Of a DNA stretch of 64,000 bases, positions 17,565-26,970 are shown piece after piece (positions within the stretch are counted from its first letter, which is position 1; the number at the start of each line of letters is the position of its first letter). The notes under the pieces are model-generated. The model had not been told where the DNA came from. It worked only from the letters and a program-made list of their open reading frames with translations, and made no database searches. The DNA is from an uncultured virus (IMG/VR IMGVR_UViG_3300042480_000533) (taxonomy: Duplodnaviria; Heunggongvirae; Uroviricota; Caudoviricetes): IMG/VR virus record IMGVR_UViG_3300042480_000533; one strand, written 5' to 3'. Position numbers and translations under genes: made by a program.

Positions 17565-19467
17565 ACTACTAAACGAAGTCGTGGCGGTTGATAAGTATTG
17601 TAGATGGCGTGATGACCTAGGTCGGAGAGAGACCTGGCATGAAGCTGTTGACCGCTATTTTGGTTATTTAATCAATAGGTTTAACCTTGGGGAACTACCT
17701 GTTGAAGCTCAAAAGGCGCTGCATGATGCTAGAACGCTTATGTACAACAAAGAAATCTTTGGTTCTATGCGCGCTCTTTGGTCAGCTGGTCCTGCTCTCG
17801 ACCGAGATGATGTCTGTGCATATAATTGTGCTTACATGCCAACCAAGTCGTTTCAAGACTTTCAGTGCGCCATGTATATCCTTTCTTGTGGCACTGGTAA
17901 TGGTTTTTCGGTAGAAGGTAAGTATGTTTACCAGTTACCAGACCTACCTAAGCATCTGGATTACTCTGGTGTTATTGTAGTAGAGGATTCCAAGGAAGGA
18001 TGGGCTAATGCTCTTCGTCAGTTCTTGGATAGCGTATTTAGCGGTGTTGTGCCTGTTGTGGATGCTTCCAAGGTTCGTCCAAAGGGAGCAAGACTAAAGA
18101 CATTTGGTGGTAGAGCCAGTGGTCCTGAGCCATTTATCAGACTTATTGATTTTATTACCAAAACCGTAGAAAGAGAGATGTGGGAAGGACATACCAAGCT
18201 TACCCGAGTAAGCGCCCATAAGATTCACTGCATGATTGCAGATGTCATCGTGTGTGGTGGTGTCCGTAGATCCGCTGAAATCTCCCTCAGTGATCTTGAA
18301 GATGATCAAACGGCTACGGTAAAGTCTGGTAACTGGTATGACAAGGAGTTGTTCCTGTCTAACAGCAACAACTCGGCTGTTTACGAGCAAAAGCCCAGCA
18401 TGTCTACCTTCCTCAAGGAATGGTCTTCGTTGTATAATTCATTCAGCGGAGAGCGTGGTATTTGCAACCGTCAAGCCATGAAGACAATCGCCAGGGCAGC
18501 TGGTCGTGATGACTCGTATGATTTTGGTACAAACCCGTGCAGTGAAATCATTCTGCGTCCTTATCAGTTCTGCAATCTTTCTACAATCGTAGTTAGAGAA
18601 AACGATACCCCTGTTACTTTGATTAAAAAGATTACAGCAGCCACCATCCTCGGTACTCTCCAGAGTGCCATGACAAACTTCACATACTTTGAAAAGATTG
18701 GTGCTACTGAGTGGAAAAAAAACTGTGAAGAAGAGCGGTTGCTTGGTGTTTCCATGACTGGTATCTTTTCAAACAATTTAATGAATGGTGGTCATGGTCC
18801 CGAAGAATTGCAAAAAATCCTTTCAGCTCTCAAGTCTGTTGCAAAAACCGTAAATGCTGAATGGGCTGAATACGTTGATATTAACCCATCCAAGTCAATT
18901 ACTTGCATCAAACCAGAAGGAACTACATCCAGCGTTGCTGGTTGCTCTTCTGGTATCCATCCTGAATACGCCCCTTACTTTATTCGTCGTGTTCAGTTTA
19001 GTAAGAACGAACCAATCACTCAGTTCTTGATGGATCAAAAAGTACCATGGGAAACTATTCACGGCAAGCCAGATATGGTTGTCTTTGAGTTCCCCTGCAA
19101 GGGTCAGGGTGTTACAGCAGATCAGGTTGATGCTATTGGTCAACTTAATCTGTGGTTAGCTTACCAACTTTGGTACTGTGACCACAAACCAAGTATCACT
19201 GTTTACTATAGAGACAACGAGTTTATGCGAGTTGGTGACTGGGTCTGGAATCACTGGGATTTGGTTTCTGGTGTTGCGTTCCTACCAAGGGATGACAATG
19301 TCTATACCCAAACCCCGTTTGAAAAGATTTCAGTAGAAAAGTATGACGAACTGATGGCGAAAATGCCAAAAGAAATCAATTGGAGTCTTTTGCCTTTTTA
19401 TGAGGTAGAAGACAATACCACTGGGTCTCAAGAATTCGCCTGTGTTGGGGATTCCTGTAAAATCTAG
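17554..19467 (+). CDS. nrdJ: Class II (B12-dependent) ribonucleotide reductase
   Basis: RRETW.E.V.RY, YNC, GGVRRSA, TNPCSEI, KPEGT, C-terminal ACVGDSC; no small subunit nearby. Confidence 0.9.
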   Translation: MSNKLLNEVVAVDKYCRWRDDLGRRETWHEAVDRYFGYLINRFNLGELPVEAQKALHDARTLMYNKEIFGSMRALWSAGPALDRDDVCAYNCAYMPTKSFQDFQCAMYILSCGTGNGFSVEGKYVYQLPDLPKHLDYSGVIVVEDSKEGWANALRQFLDSVFSGVVPVVDASKVRPKGARLKTFGGRASGPEPFIRLIDFITKTVEREMWEGHTKLTRVSAHKIHCMIADVIVCGGVRRSAEISLSDLEDDQTATVKSGNWYDKELFLSNSNNSAVYEQKPSMSTFLKEWSSLYNSFSGERGICNRQAMKTIARAAGRDDSYDFGTNPCSEIILRPYQFCNLSTIVVRENDTPVTLIKKITAATILGTLQSAMTNFTYFEKIGATEWKKNCEEERLLGVSMTGIFSNNLMNGGHGPEELQKILSALKSVAKTVNAEWAEYVDINPSKSITCIKPEGTTSSVAGCSSGIHPEYAPYFIRRVQFSKNEPITQFLMDQKVPWETIHGKPDMVVFEFPCKGQGVTADQVDAIGQLNLWLAYQLWYCDHKPSITVYYRDNEFMRVGDWVWNHWDLVSGVAFLPRDDNVYTQTPFEKISVEKYDELMAKMPKEINWSLLPFYEVEDNTTGSQEFACVGDSCKI

Positions 19468-19475
19468 GAGTCGCC

Positions 19476-19688
19476 ATGTCTCAGTATTTTATCGAAACAG
19501 AGTATGATATGGATCTTGTTATGGCTGAAACCATTAAGCTAATTAAGCTTAACTATACAGCAGTAAACATCGGGTTCCATAATAAAAAGATGGTAAAAAT
19601 TTTTCTAGACAATCTTAATGCTTCTCTTGAAGAGCAACAGATTGAAAAAGACAAAAAAGTAGAAATCAATATTACGGTGATGGCATGA
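19476..19688 (+). CDS. Hypothetical protein
   Basis: AGGAG SD. Confidence 0.6.
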   Translation: MSQYFIETEYDMDLVMAETIKLIKLNYTAVNIGFHNKKMVKIFLDNLNASLEEQQIEKDKKVEINITVMA

Positions 19689-19942
19689 ATAGACTGGAAA
19701 TTCTTCTTGCTAGATTAAAAAACAATCAAATTGTAGACCCAGATCTTAAGTTTGCCCTTAGTATTATTTTGAAGGATAGGTTACATGTCATTGAGAATAA
19801 CGAAAGAATTGATGGACTATCTAACAAGACTAATAACTCTGAGTCCATCAGACCTAAAACTAAAGGATTACGACAGGGGCTTCAAAGCGGGTCAGCTAGA
19901 AGTAGTGGAGAAACTGAGAGTTCTTTACGAGAAGGAGAGTAA
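19685..19942 (+). CDS. Hypothetical protein
   Basis: ATGA overlap; 3' half overlaps the 19785 ORF. Confidence 0.35.
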   Translation: MNRLEILLARLKNNQIVDPDLKFALSIILKDRLHVIENNERIDGLSNKTNNSESIRPKTKGLRQGLQSGSARSSGETESSLREGE

Positions 19943-19955
19943 ACATGGGAGGTAG
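19785..19955 (+). CDS. Small protein of the kind found upstream of T7-like portal genes (56 aa)
   Basis: MSLRITKELMDYL...FKAGQLEVVEKLR; AAGGA upstream. Too short for the ORF track. Confidence 0.6.
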   Translation: MSLRITKELMDYLTRLITLSPSDLKLKDYDRGFKAGQLEVVEKLRVLYEKESKHGR

Positions 19956-20301
19956 AGCACCTAAAGGCCAAACTCAAGAAGAAATGGACGCTCAAATGAG
20001 AAGAAACGAAGAGTTTCAGATGCGTCAATTTAACATGCAAAGACAGTATCAACTTGAGGCAGAAGAGCGTATGCGTGACGAACGTGAGCGTCTTCGTATT
20101 GCTGAAGAACTTAAACGAGAAAGAGCAGCCCAGGAAAAAGCCAATAGACTTGCTAGCGAAGAGCGTAGAGAAACCGCTGTTTTCCAGGAAATGACTGCTC
20201 AATCATCTAAAACAACTTCAGATGAATTTGGTGGTGGTTCTAATTTGGCTATGCCAACAATTGAAAGACCAATTTACGAATCACAAACAAGACCCAGCTA
20301 A
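19945..20301 (+). CDS. Putative virion/tail assembly protein
   Basis: MGG..P N-terminus, charged helix, directly upstream of the portal; AAGGAG SD. Confidence 0.6.
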   Translation: MGGRAPKGQTQEEMDAQMRRNEEFQMRQFNMQRQYQLEAEERMRDERERLRIAEELKRERAAQEKANRLASEERRETAVFQEMTAQSSKTTSDEFGGGSNLAMPTIERPIYESQTRPS

Positions 20302-20310
20302 GGAGAGTAC

Positions 20311-21918
20311 ATGAAGTCTGAAAAAACTATTAAAGAAAGATGGGAAAAACTAGACGCCAAGCGAACAACTCGTCTTGACAAAGCAAGAGCATGTTCAGCT
20401 ATAACCGTTCCCACTTTGTTGCCTTATCACTCAATGAGTGGAGAGGATAACTTAATTCAGACTTATTCTTCGGTACAAAGCCGAGGAGTTACTTCTTTAG
20501 CAAGTAAAATCCTTAGTGTTTTGATTCCACTTAATGACACACCGTTCTTTTCTTTTGGGTTAAAAAACGGTCGAGAACCAACTAACGAGATCAAAGAATA
20601 CTTGGAAAATTTATCGTTCCAAGTGTATAGAAAATTGATGTCAAACAACCTTAGAGAAATTGCTTATTTAGCAATGCAACACGCTATTGTAATTGGCGAT
20701 GTTCTTATTATCATGGAAAATGATTTCTCTTTTAGGTTGATTAGACTTGATCAATTTGTAGTCCGTCGAGATGTAAACGGCAGCATCAAGGAGTTTATCT
20801 ACCTTGAATTTATCTCTCCCAGTAATGAGGAAGATGCAATTGCTTATGACTTTATGTCTGGTGAAACAAACCAACATGGGTACAGAACAGTTTACATTAG
20901 AGTTTACCAAACTAGCGATGGGCAGTGGGCTGTAGAAAAAGAGATTGACGACAACATAGTTGAAGTTGGTTACTATGATGTCCTACCATATGTTGTAATC
21001 AGATGGTCTAGTGTATCTGGTGAAGACTATGGTAGATCCCATGTAGAAGATATCTATGCTGATATTAGAACCTTAGAAGCATATACCAGATCGGCAATTC
21101 AAGGTATGGCAGCTGGTTCTACATTCTTCATGGGAGTCAATCCAAGCGGAGTAACAGAAATTGATGACCTTGCTGGTGCTCAGAATGGGCAATGGGTTGC
21201 TGCCAGAAAAGAAGATGTCTTTACCATTTCCCCCTCGGATACCATCAATCCCCAGGTCCAGATCTCAACCACAGCCGTCACAGAAATGCGTAAGGAAGTC
21301 GGTCAGGGTTTCTTACTACAGACCGCAGCAATGCCTACAGGTGATCGCGTAACCGCCACGGCTATCAGAGCTGTTGGCAATGAACTTGAGACCGTATTAG
21401 GTGGTACTTTCTCCGCGATTGCCAGAGACTTTATGGTTCCCATCATTAAAAGAACCGTCTACCTAATGCTTCAAAATGGCGAGATTGACCAAAAGCTTAG
21501 CCAGCAGTTTGATGAAAAAGATGGTATCCTTAACATTGAAATCCTTACTGGTCTTCAATCACTCAGTAGAGAGTCTGATATCACCAAGCTTCTTCAAATG
21601 GGTGAAATGGTTAGAAACCTCCCTCCAGAAGCAGCCGCTTCCTTTAAGTGGGAAGAGTACGCCAGATCTTTGATTACGTCCCTTGGCTTTGATCCACAAA
21701 ACTGGGTCCGTAGTCGGGAAGAAATTGCAGCAGAGCAACAAGCCCAAGCCGCCATGCAACAAAAAATGGAAATGCAAAAAATCTTTGCTCAGAATGCAGC
21801 TGGTGCTATGGGAGCTGCTGCACAGCAAGACATCATGGCTACGGGTGGTCAAAACATCCCACCTGAAATGGCTGAACAAGCAATGCAGATGCTGCAAGGA
21901 GGGATGGGTGGCCAGTAA
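20311..21918 (+). CDS. Portal (head-tail connector, gp8-like)
   Basis: RGV..LASK, P...FF, RW....GEDYGR..VE, RVTA..IR...ELE..LGG, Q-rich tail. Confidence 0.95.
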   Translation: MKSEKTIKERWEKLDAKRTTRLDKARACSAITVPTLLPYHSMSGEDNLIQTYSSVQSRGVTSLASKILSVLIPLNDTPFFSFGLKNGREPTNEIKEYLENLSFQVYRKLMSNNLREIAYLAMQHAIVIGDVLIIMENDFSFRLIRLDQFVVRRDVNGSIKEFIYLEFISPSNEEDAIAYDFMSGETNQHGYRTVYIRVYQTSDGQWAVEKEIDDNIVEVGYYDVLPYVVIRWSSVSGEDYGRSHVEDIYADIRTLEAYTRSAIQGMAAGSTFFMGVNPSGVTEIDDLAGAQNGQWVAARKEDVFTISPSDTINPQVQISTTAVTEMRKEVGQGFLLQTAAMPTGDRVTATAIRAVGNELETVLGGTFSAIARDFMVPIIKRTVYLMLQNGEIDQKLSQQFDEKDGILNIEILTGLQSLSRESDITKLLQMGEMVRNLPPEAAASFKWEEYARSLITSLGFDPQNWVRSREEIAAEQQAQAAMQQKMEMQKIFAQNAAGAMGAAAQQDIMATGGQNIPPEMAEQAMQMLQGGMGGQ

Positions 21919-22198
21919 AAAAACCATGCCTTGTAACAAACCAAGGCCCTCGACATCTCCAGGTAAAAAGAAAATGGTCAAGGCTTGTGCTAATGGCCAA
22001 GAAAAGATCATCCACTTCGGAGCCAAAGGGTATGGACACAATTACAGCCCAGAGGCCAGAAAGAGCTTTAGAGCTAGACACAACTGCTCTGAAGCAACTA
22101 ACAAGCTTACGGCAAAGTACTGGGCTTGTAAAAATTTATGGGCTGGTCCTGGTGGCTCTAAGCAATCATGTCCCAAAGGTAGGAAGTGCAAGGGATGA
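21908..22198 (+). CDS. Basic hypothetical phage protein
   Basis: KK..V......KIIHFG..GY....ARKSFRARH.C....A.YWAC pattern; GTG 21908 or ATG 21926 start. Confidence 0.7.
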   Translation: MASKKTMPCNKPRPSTSPGKKKMVKACANGQEKIIHFGAKGYGHNYSPEARKSFRARHNCSEATNKLTAKYWACKNLWAGPGGSKQSCPKGRKCKG

Positions 22199-23760
22199 AA
22201 AACACAAAACAATCTGCTGTGAGCAGACGACAAGCCCAAGTAAGTCCGTCTTCTCAACTTTTTTCTTTAACTACAGAAATACAGCAATTAAAAAACTTTG
22301 CTGTTGACTTGCAAAACAAAACAGAAGAAAACACCAAGATACTTAATTCTCTAAACGAACAGGTTTTTTATGCTACTGATTCGTTAAATAACCAAACAAA
22401 CGAAGAAAACACAGGTTCGTTAGCCGCTAGAATTAAGAACCTAGAAGATGATGTTGATTCTGGTGGTGGTGGAGGTATAGACCCTACAGATCCCTCACAA
22501 CCGATATTGATTTATGATAACTTTGTTGTTTCGGGTAATGGAGATCCTACAGGTTCTATAGGTCGTTGGCAAGCTTTTCCTACACCAGGTGATACATTAG
22601 CTGGTTCTTATGTTTTAAATCCAGTTAACATAGAAATTTATGAAAAAGCCTCTGAACCAGGACATACTGGAATTGTAGAATGTCGTGTAGATGTTGAAGA
22701 TGGGTATATGTCTACAGTCAACGACTCTTCATTGAACTCTCTTTCTTGGAACGACATTAATAGATTGTACTACATTTTTAAGCCACTTGTTTCCTCAAGT
22801 GATTATACATTGCAGTTTGGTTTGTTTGATGATATGGATACACCAACCAAGGGTGTTTATCTTACTGGTGTTAATAACAACAACTGGTCTTTTGTTACTA
22901 AAGATACCGGCACAACAACTGTCAATGGACCTACTGTTGTTAATGATTGGTGTACTTTAAAAATAGAAAGACTTTCTTCCACCAGTGTTTTGTTTCAACT
23001 TAATGATGATCCCGAAGTTATAATCAACACAAATATTCCAACTGATTTTTTAATCCCAGGTATTCGTGCCGAAGTAGATGACTTTACTCCTTTTGATTTT
23101 TTAGTAGATTTCTTTTCGCTAAAATTATTTGGTACTGCTGGTGAATTTCCTGACGTTAGTGCAGAAGCCATTATTAAAAAAACCCGTAATACATCAGGAT
23201 CTACTATTACCAAAGGAAAAGTTGTCAAAATCGTTGGTTCTCAAGGTTCTTCTGGTTTGCTATTAATTGAAAAAGCTACTAATGCAAACGTTTCTGCGGA
23301 TGACGTTGTTGGTGTTACTATTGAAGATATAGGCAACAACAAAAATGGTTATATTATTAAAGAAGGATACTTAGGTGGATTGGCTACAAATACTCTGGGT
23401 TCTGACGGTGATCGGTTATACTTAGGTACTTCGGGTAACCTGACCACAACCAGAGCCTCTGCTCCTGCTCACCCAGTAAAAATTGGTTGGATTGTTAATA
23501 GCGGGGCTGGTACAAGCGGTTCTATTTATGTGTCCATCGAACACGGCGAGCATCTAGAAAACTTACATGATGTTAGTCTTACAAGCCTTCAATCTAATGA
23601 TTTCTTTGCCTGGGATAGCGTAAACAACACTTGGGTTAATCTTGATATGCCTAGTGTTGTTGCTTTGTTGCTCAATAATGGAATCCAAAAAACAATTACA
23701 TCGGGAACAGCAACACCAACAGGAGGTTCTGATGGCGACATCTACATTCAATATACATGA
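22195..23760 (+). CDS. Tail fibre-like structural protein
   Basis: N-terminal coiled coil, beta-rich core, LENLHDV, ..SGTATPTGGSDGDIYIQY terminus. Confidence 0.7.
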   Translation: MKNTKQSAVSRRQAQVSPSSQLFSLTTEIQQLKNFAVDLQNKTEENTKILNSLNEQVFYATDSLNNQTNEENTGSLAARIKNLEDDVDSGGGGGIDPTDPSQPILIYDNFVVSGNGDPTGSIGRWQAFPTPGDTLAGSYVLNPVNIEIYEKASEPGHTGIVECRVDVEDGYMSTVNDSSLNSLSWNDINRLYYIFKPLVSSSDYTLQFGLFDDMDTPTKGVYLTGVNNNNWSFVTKDTGTTTVNGPTVVNDWCTLKIERLSSTSVLFQLNDDPEVIINTNIPTDFLIPGIRAEVDDFTPFDFLVDFFSLKLFGTAGEFPDVSAEAIIKKTRNTSGSTITKGKVVKIVGSQGSSGLLLIEKATNANVSADDVVGVTIEDIGNNKNGYIIKEGYLGGLATNTLGSDGDRLYLGTSGNLTTTRASAPAHPVKIGWIVNSGAGTSGSIYVSIEHGEHLENLHDVSLTSLQSNDFFAWDSVNNTWVNLDMPSVVALLLNNGIQKTITSGTATPTGGSDGDIYIQYT

Positions 23761-23896
23761 TCTAGTCAGGGTCACTTACCCATTTGATCACACATTTAAT
23801 GAAGTTTATCAGGTGACTGGGGTATTGGAAAACAATACCTACATCCTTGAAGACATTGGTGCATTTGACATCAAATTCCTAGAAGCAGTCTTATGA
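23732..23896 (+). CDS. Small hypothetical protein
   Basis: AGGAGG SD. Confidence 0.5.
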   Translation: MATSTFNIHDLVRVTYPFDHTFNEVYQVTGVLENNTYILEDIGAFDIKFLEAVL

Positions 23897-24018
23897 TTGG
23901 TAACATCATTTGGATCAAGATATCAGGAGTGTGGAAACAAGTAATCCTGTGGATAAAGGTAACAGGAACTTGGAAAATAGCAAATCCCCTAGTCAATGTA
24001 ACTGGAATTTGGAAATAA
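23893..24018 (+). CDS. Small fibre-associated protein with WxKxxGxWK repeats (41 aa)
   Basis: MIGNIIWIKISGVWKQVILWIKVTGTWK...GIWK; ATGA overlap. Confidence 0.6.
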   Translation: MIGNIIWIKISGVWKQVILWIKVTGTWKIANPLVNVTGIWK

Positions 24019-24035
24019 AACAAGGTAGATAGAAC

Positions 24036-24212
24036 ATGGCAAAAAAGAACTGGATTTCAGGAGCTATTAAACGGCCAGGTGCTTTGACCAAAAAAGCCAA
24101 AGCTGCTGGAAAATCAATTAGTGCTTATTGCTCGTCCAAGAACCTAAGTACTCAATCTAAACGCCAATGCAATTTGGCCAAAACCCTTAAGGGATTCCAA
24201 AAGAGAGGTTAA
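24036..24212 (+). CDS. Small basic phage protein (58 aa)
   Basis: MAKKNWISGAIKRPGAL...KRQCNLAKTL. Confidence 0.65.
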   Translation: MAKKNWISGAIKRPGALTKKAKAAGKSISAYCSSKNLSTQSKRQCNLAKTLKGFQKRG

Positions 24213-24303
24213 TCATGAAAGGTATGTACTCCAAAAAGTCATCAGCTAAACCCAAGAAACCAGCTAAGAAGTCTTGCAGCAAATGCAAGAAGTGAGGTAA
24301 CTA

Positions 24304-25449
24304 ATGTCTAAGGTTGTATCATTTCCACAAGCCTTTGCTTTAGCTAAGGGCGTTAACCATAAATTTAACGCTGTTTTTAGCGGGTTGCCCATAAATACTC
24401 TTACAAACCCAAGTGGTTATGCTTTTACACAGCCGTCTTTTTCTACACCAGCCCCAAACTTGTTTGACCCAGAAACCGCGGTGTTTAGCTTAGCTTCATC
24501 CTCATTTAACAGCGAAGGAAACCTTGTTTTTAAAAACGGTGGGAACTTGGTAAATGGTCCAATGAAATGGACAAATGGTAAATCTCTTGGAAATTGGTAC
24601 AAAATTCTTAATCATGCTGGGTTTAATACAAACGGTTCTGTTGATGTTTTAAACAATAGAATTGAAATTACATGTGGCCCAGGAACAACTCTAGTAAATA
24701 GAGCGTTAATACACGACGTAAAGTTCCAAAGAAATGGTAATGAAATAACCGAAAACAGCTCTACCGTTATTGGTTATCTCCACTTTGATGACGCCAATAA
24801 CAATGTTGGCATGCAAGCAAAAGTACACGTCAAACCATTTAATTTTACTGCTATTTCTAGCTTTAATAAACCATTAGGATGGCATACTCAATTTTGGGTT
24901 GGTTTCCGATATTTACATACTCAATCAATACCAGGAGAAAACTCTGGGTTACCTGTTGTAATTGGACCAAGCAAAGGTTTTGGTTTTATTGGTGTTTTAA
25001 ATGGTGGTGCATTTAACTGGTATGCTGTTGTTGTGGCTGACTTTGTTGACGGACCAGATGAACCCGGTTTTGTTTATACTTTAAATACCAACAAAAGTAT
25101 TTTTAACCCAACGTCACTTGGGGTTACTTTAACTAATGGGGTTATTGCGTGGAATGTAGATGGTGTAACTATTGGAAGCGTTTCAATTGCGTCTCTTGAA
25201 GCTCTTGGTCATTCATTTGATAATGACGCTAACCCAGTATATGCTTCAGTTTCTGTTCTTAAAGGTGGTAATAACGAAAACCAAACAATTCCTGGTTCTT
25301 TTACTATCTGTGTTTCAGAAGCAGCTGCTTGGCGGCAAAAAGAACATGTTGAATTGTGGAATAACTTTGAAAGCACCGATGATTCTTTATCAAGCTCAGA
25401 AATAGATTATCACCTAACAGGACTTAGTTTGCTTAAAAAACTAAAGTAG
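24304..25449 (+). CDS. Putative virion structural protein (beta-rich)
   Basis: GAGG SD, located in the structural module; termini resemble those of the next ORF. Confidence 0.65.
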   Translation: MSKVVSFPQAFALAKGVNHKFNAVFSGLPINTLTNPSGYAFTQPSFSTPAPNLFDPETAVFSLASSSFNSEGNLVFKNGGNLVNGPMKWTNGKSLGNWYKILNHAGFNTNGSVDVLNNRIEITCGPGTTLVNRALIHDVKFQRNGNEITENSSTVIGYLHFDDANNNVGMQAKVHVKPFNFTAISSFNKPLGWHTQFWVGFRYLHTQSIPGENSGLPVVIGPSKGFGFIGVLNGGAFNWYAVVVADFVDGPDEPGFVYTLNTNKSIFNPTSLGVTLTNGVIAWNVDGVTIGSVSIASLEALGHSFDNDANPVYASVSVLKGGNNENQTIPGSFTICVSEAAAWRQKEHVELWNNFESTDDSLSSSEIDYHLTGLSLLKKLK

Positions 25450-25459
25450 GAGAACCAAC

Positions 25460-25870
25460 ATGCCAGCAATAACTATTCAACAAGCTTACGCACTTTCTTT
25501 ACGAGCTTACATATCGCTAGAAGACAAATCACAACCAGTATTTGTTAGTAACCTAGAAACTTCTTTGTTTGCACCTACAATCAATAATCGACTACAAGAA
25601 CTACTTAATAACACACCAAAAGATTTGGGTTTTGTTCAGTATCTTGCCGACCCTGGAACACCAGAAGAAGCTACTATTGTTTTGATCGGTAACCCCCTTA
25701 CACCATCAGGCATAACGTATTCATTAGTGTCAACAAGTAGTGATTTAAACAGTAACGGTATTTTGGATTATCTAGAAGGTGGTGTTGTTGATAATAACAA
25801 TACACTGTCTACAGTAGAAAAGTGGCTTCACATTACTGGGTTAGGAATCATGAAGAAGATTAAAAAATGA
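25460..25870 (+). CDS. Putative virion structural protein
   Basis: AGGAG SD; termini resemble those of 24304-25449. Confidence 0.65.
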   Translation: MPAITIQQAYALSLRAYISLEDKSQPVFVSNLETSLFAPTINNRLQELLNNTPKDLGFVQYLADPGTPEEATIVLIGNPLTPSGITYSLVSTSSDLNSNGILDYLEGGVVDNNNTLSTVEKWLHITGLGIMKKIKK

Positions 25871-25962
25871 AAAAGAAAACACCAGAAGATGTTAAAAAGT
25901 ATGTTCTACAAAAAGTAGGACCTAAACCAGATTCAAAGAAACCAAAAAAGTAGGAGATTTAA

Positions 25963-26883
25963 ATGCCAGAGCCAATCAATGCTGAACAATCCAATATTGT
26001 CGGGACTCAGCAACCAGAGATCGTTAATGTAACTCCGCAAGAAGATCCCCAGACCGCCCATGAGCGCGCTATGTTTATGCGACATGTGCAGGATCAGGGT
26101 CAAAAGATTCCTCCTAACTTTAAGTCCGCAGAGGACTGGTTTAACAGTTTGGTAGAAGCCCGCAAGGGTTTTACCCAGGCTCGGCAGGAGATTGCAGATC
26201 TCAAAAGACAATACAATCAAAACGGCGTGACCAATCCCGATTATGTGGGGGACTCACCCGCTCCTGTTCAGCCACAAAAGACAGAAGATCTTTCTGGTAT
26301 TCCGGAAGAGCTTAGCATCAAGCCTCCAGAACCCAAGCCTCAGGCTAAGGTTACTTCGGAAGATTGGCTACGGTGGGGGTCGGAAATCGACAACACTGGA
26401 GCCGTAAGCGAAGCAACTAGAAAAGAAATTGCCGAAAAGATGGGTGCTGAAGATGTCATCATTGAGCAACTTATTCAGGGTCGTAAGGCTTTGGCCAAGC
26501 AATCCTGGGAAAATGCCGCATCGGTTGTCGGAGGGAATGACAACCTTAAGCGTCTTTTCAAGTGGGCACAAGAGACAAAGACTGTTGAGGAAATTGATGC
26601 AATCAATAAGTCTCTTCGGACAAATGCCTATAAGAATGTTCTTCTTGGTCTTCAAGCTGAATATGGACAGACCACATCAAAACCACCTTCACAAGAACCT
26701 AAGCCTACCCAGAACAGGGTCAATCAGTCTCAGGTTCCAAACTCCGTACAGGTGTTTACATCAATGCAACAGCAGCAAATGGCGATCAGAGACCCCCGTT
26801 ATCGGGTTGATCCCAACTATAGAAAGGCTGTTGAGGCAATGGTAATCAACACCCACAAGTTCGGATTTTCAGGAAATCGTTAA
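25963..26883 (+). CDS. Capsid scaffolding protein (gp9-like)
   Basis: VGG......WA, C-terminal DPRY..DP.YR..VE, directly upstream of the capsid gene. Confidence 0.9.
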   Translation: MPEPINAEQSNIVGTQQPEIVNVTPQEDPQTAHERAMFMRHVQDQGQKIPPNFKSAEDWFNSLVEARKGFTQARQEIADLKRQYNQNGVTNPDYVGDSPAPVQPQKTEDLSGIPEELSIKPPEPKPQAKVTSEDWLRWGSEIDNTGAVSEATRKEIAEKMGAEDVIIEQLIQGRKALAKQSWENAASVVGGNDNLKRLFKWAQETKTVEEIDAINKSLRTNAYKNVLLGLQAEYGQTTSKPPSQEPKPTQNRVNQSQVPNSVQVFTSMQQQQMAIRDPRYRVDPNYRKAVEAMVINTHKFGFSGNR

Positions 26884-26920
26884 CTCCGTCTAATCCCCCA
26901 AGGACACGGAACAATTGATG

Positions 26921-26966
26921 GTTTCTCCTTTTATAAAGTTTAAACAAGTTTCAACACAGGAGAAAC
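26921..26966 (+). promoter_or_regulatory. Hairpin sequestering the capsid Shine-Dalgarno
   Basis: GTTTCTCCT (26921-29) is the exact reverse complement of AGGAGAAAC (26958-66). Confidence 0.55.
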
Positions 26967-26970
26967 AAAC

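Noticed and set aside
12378..19467. Inteins or introns in the helicase, polymerase or RNR
   Set aside because: Lengths are normal and the motifs are contiguous.
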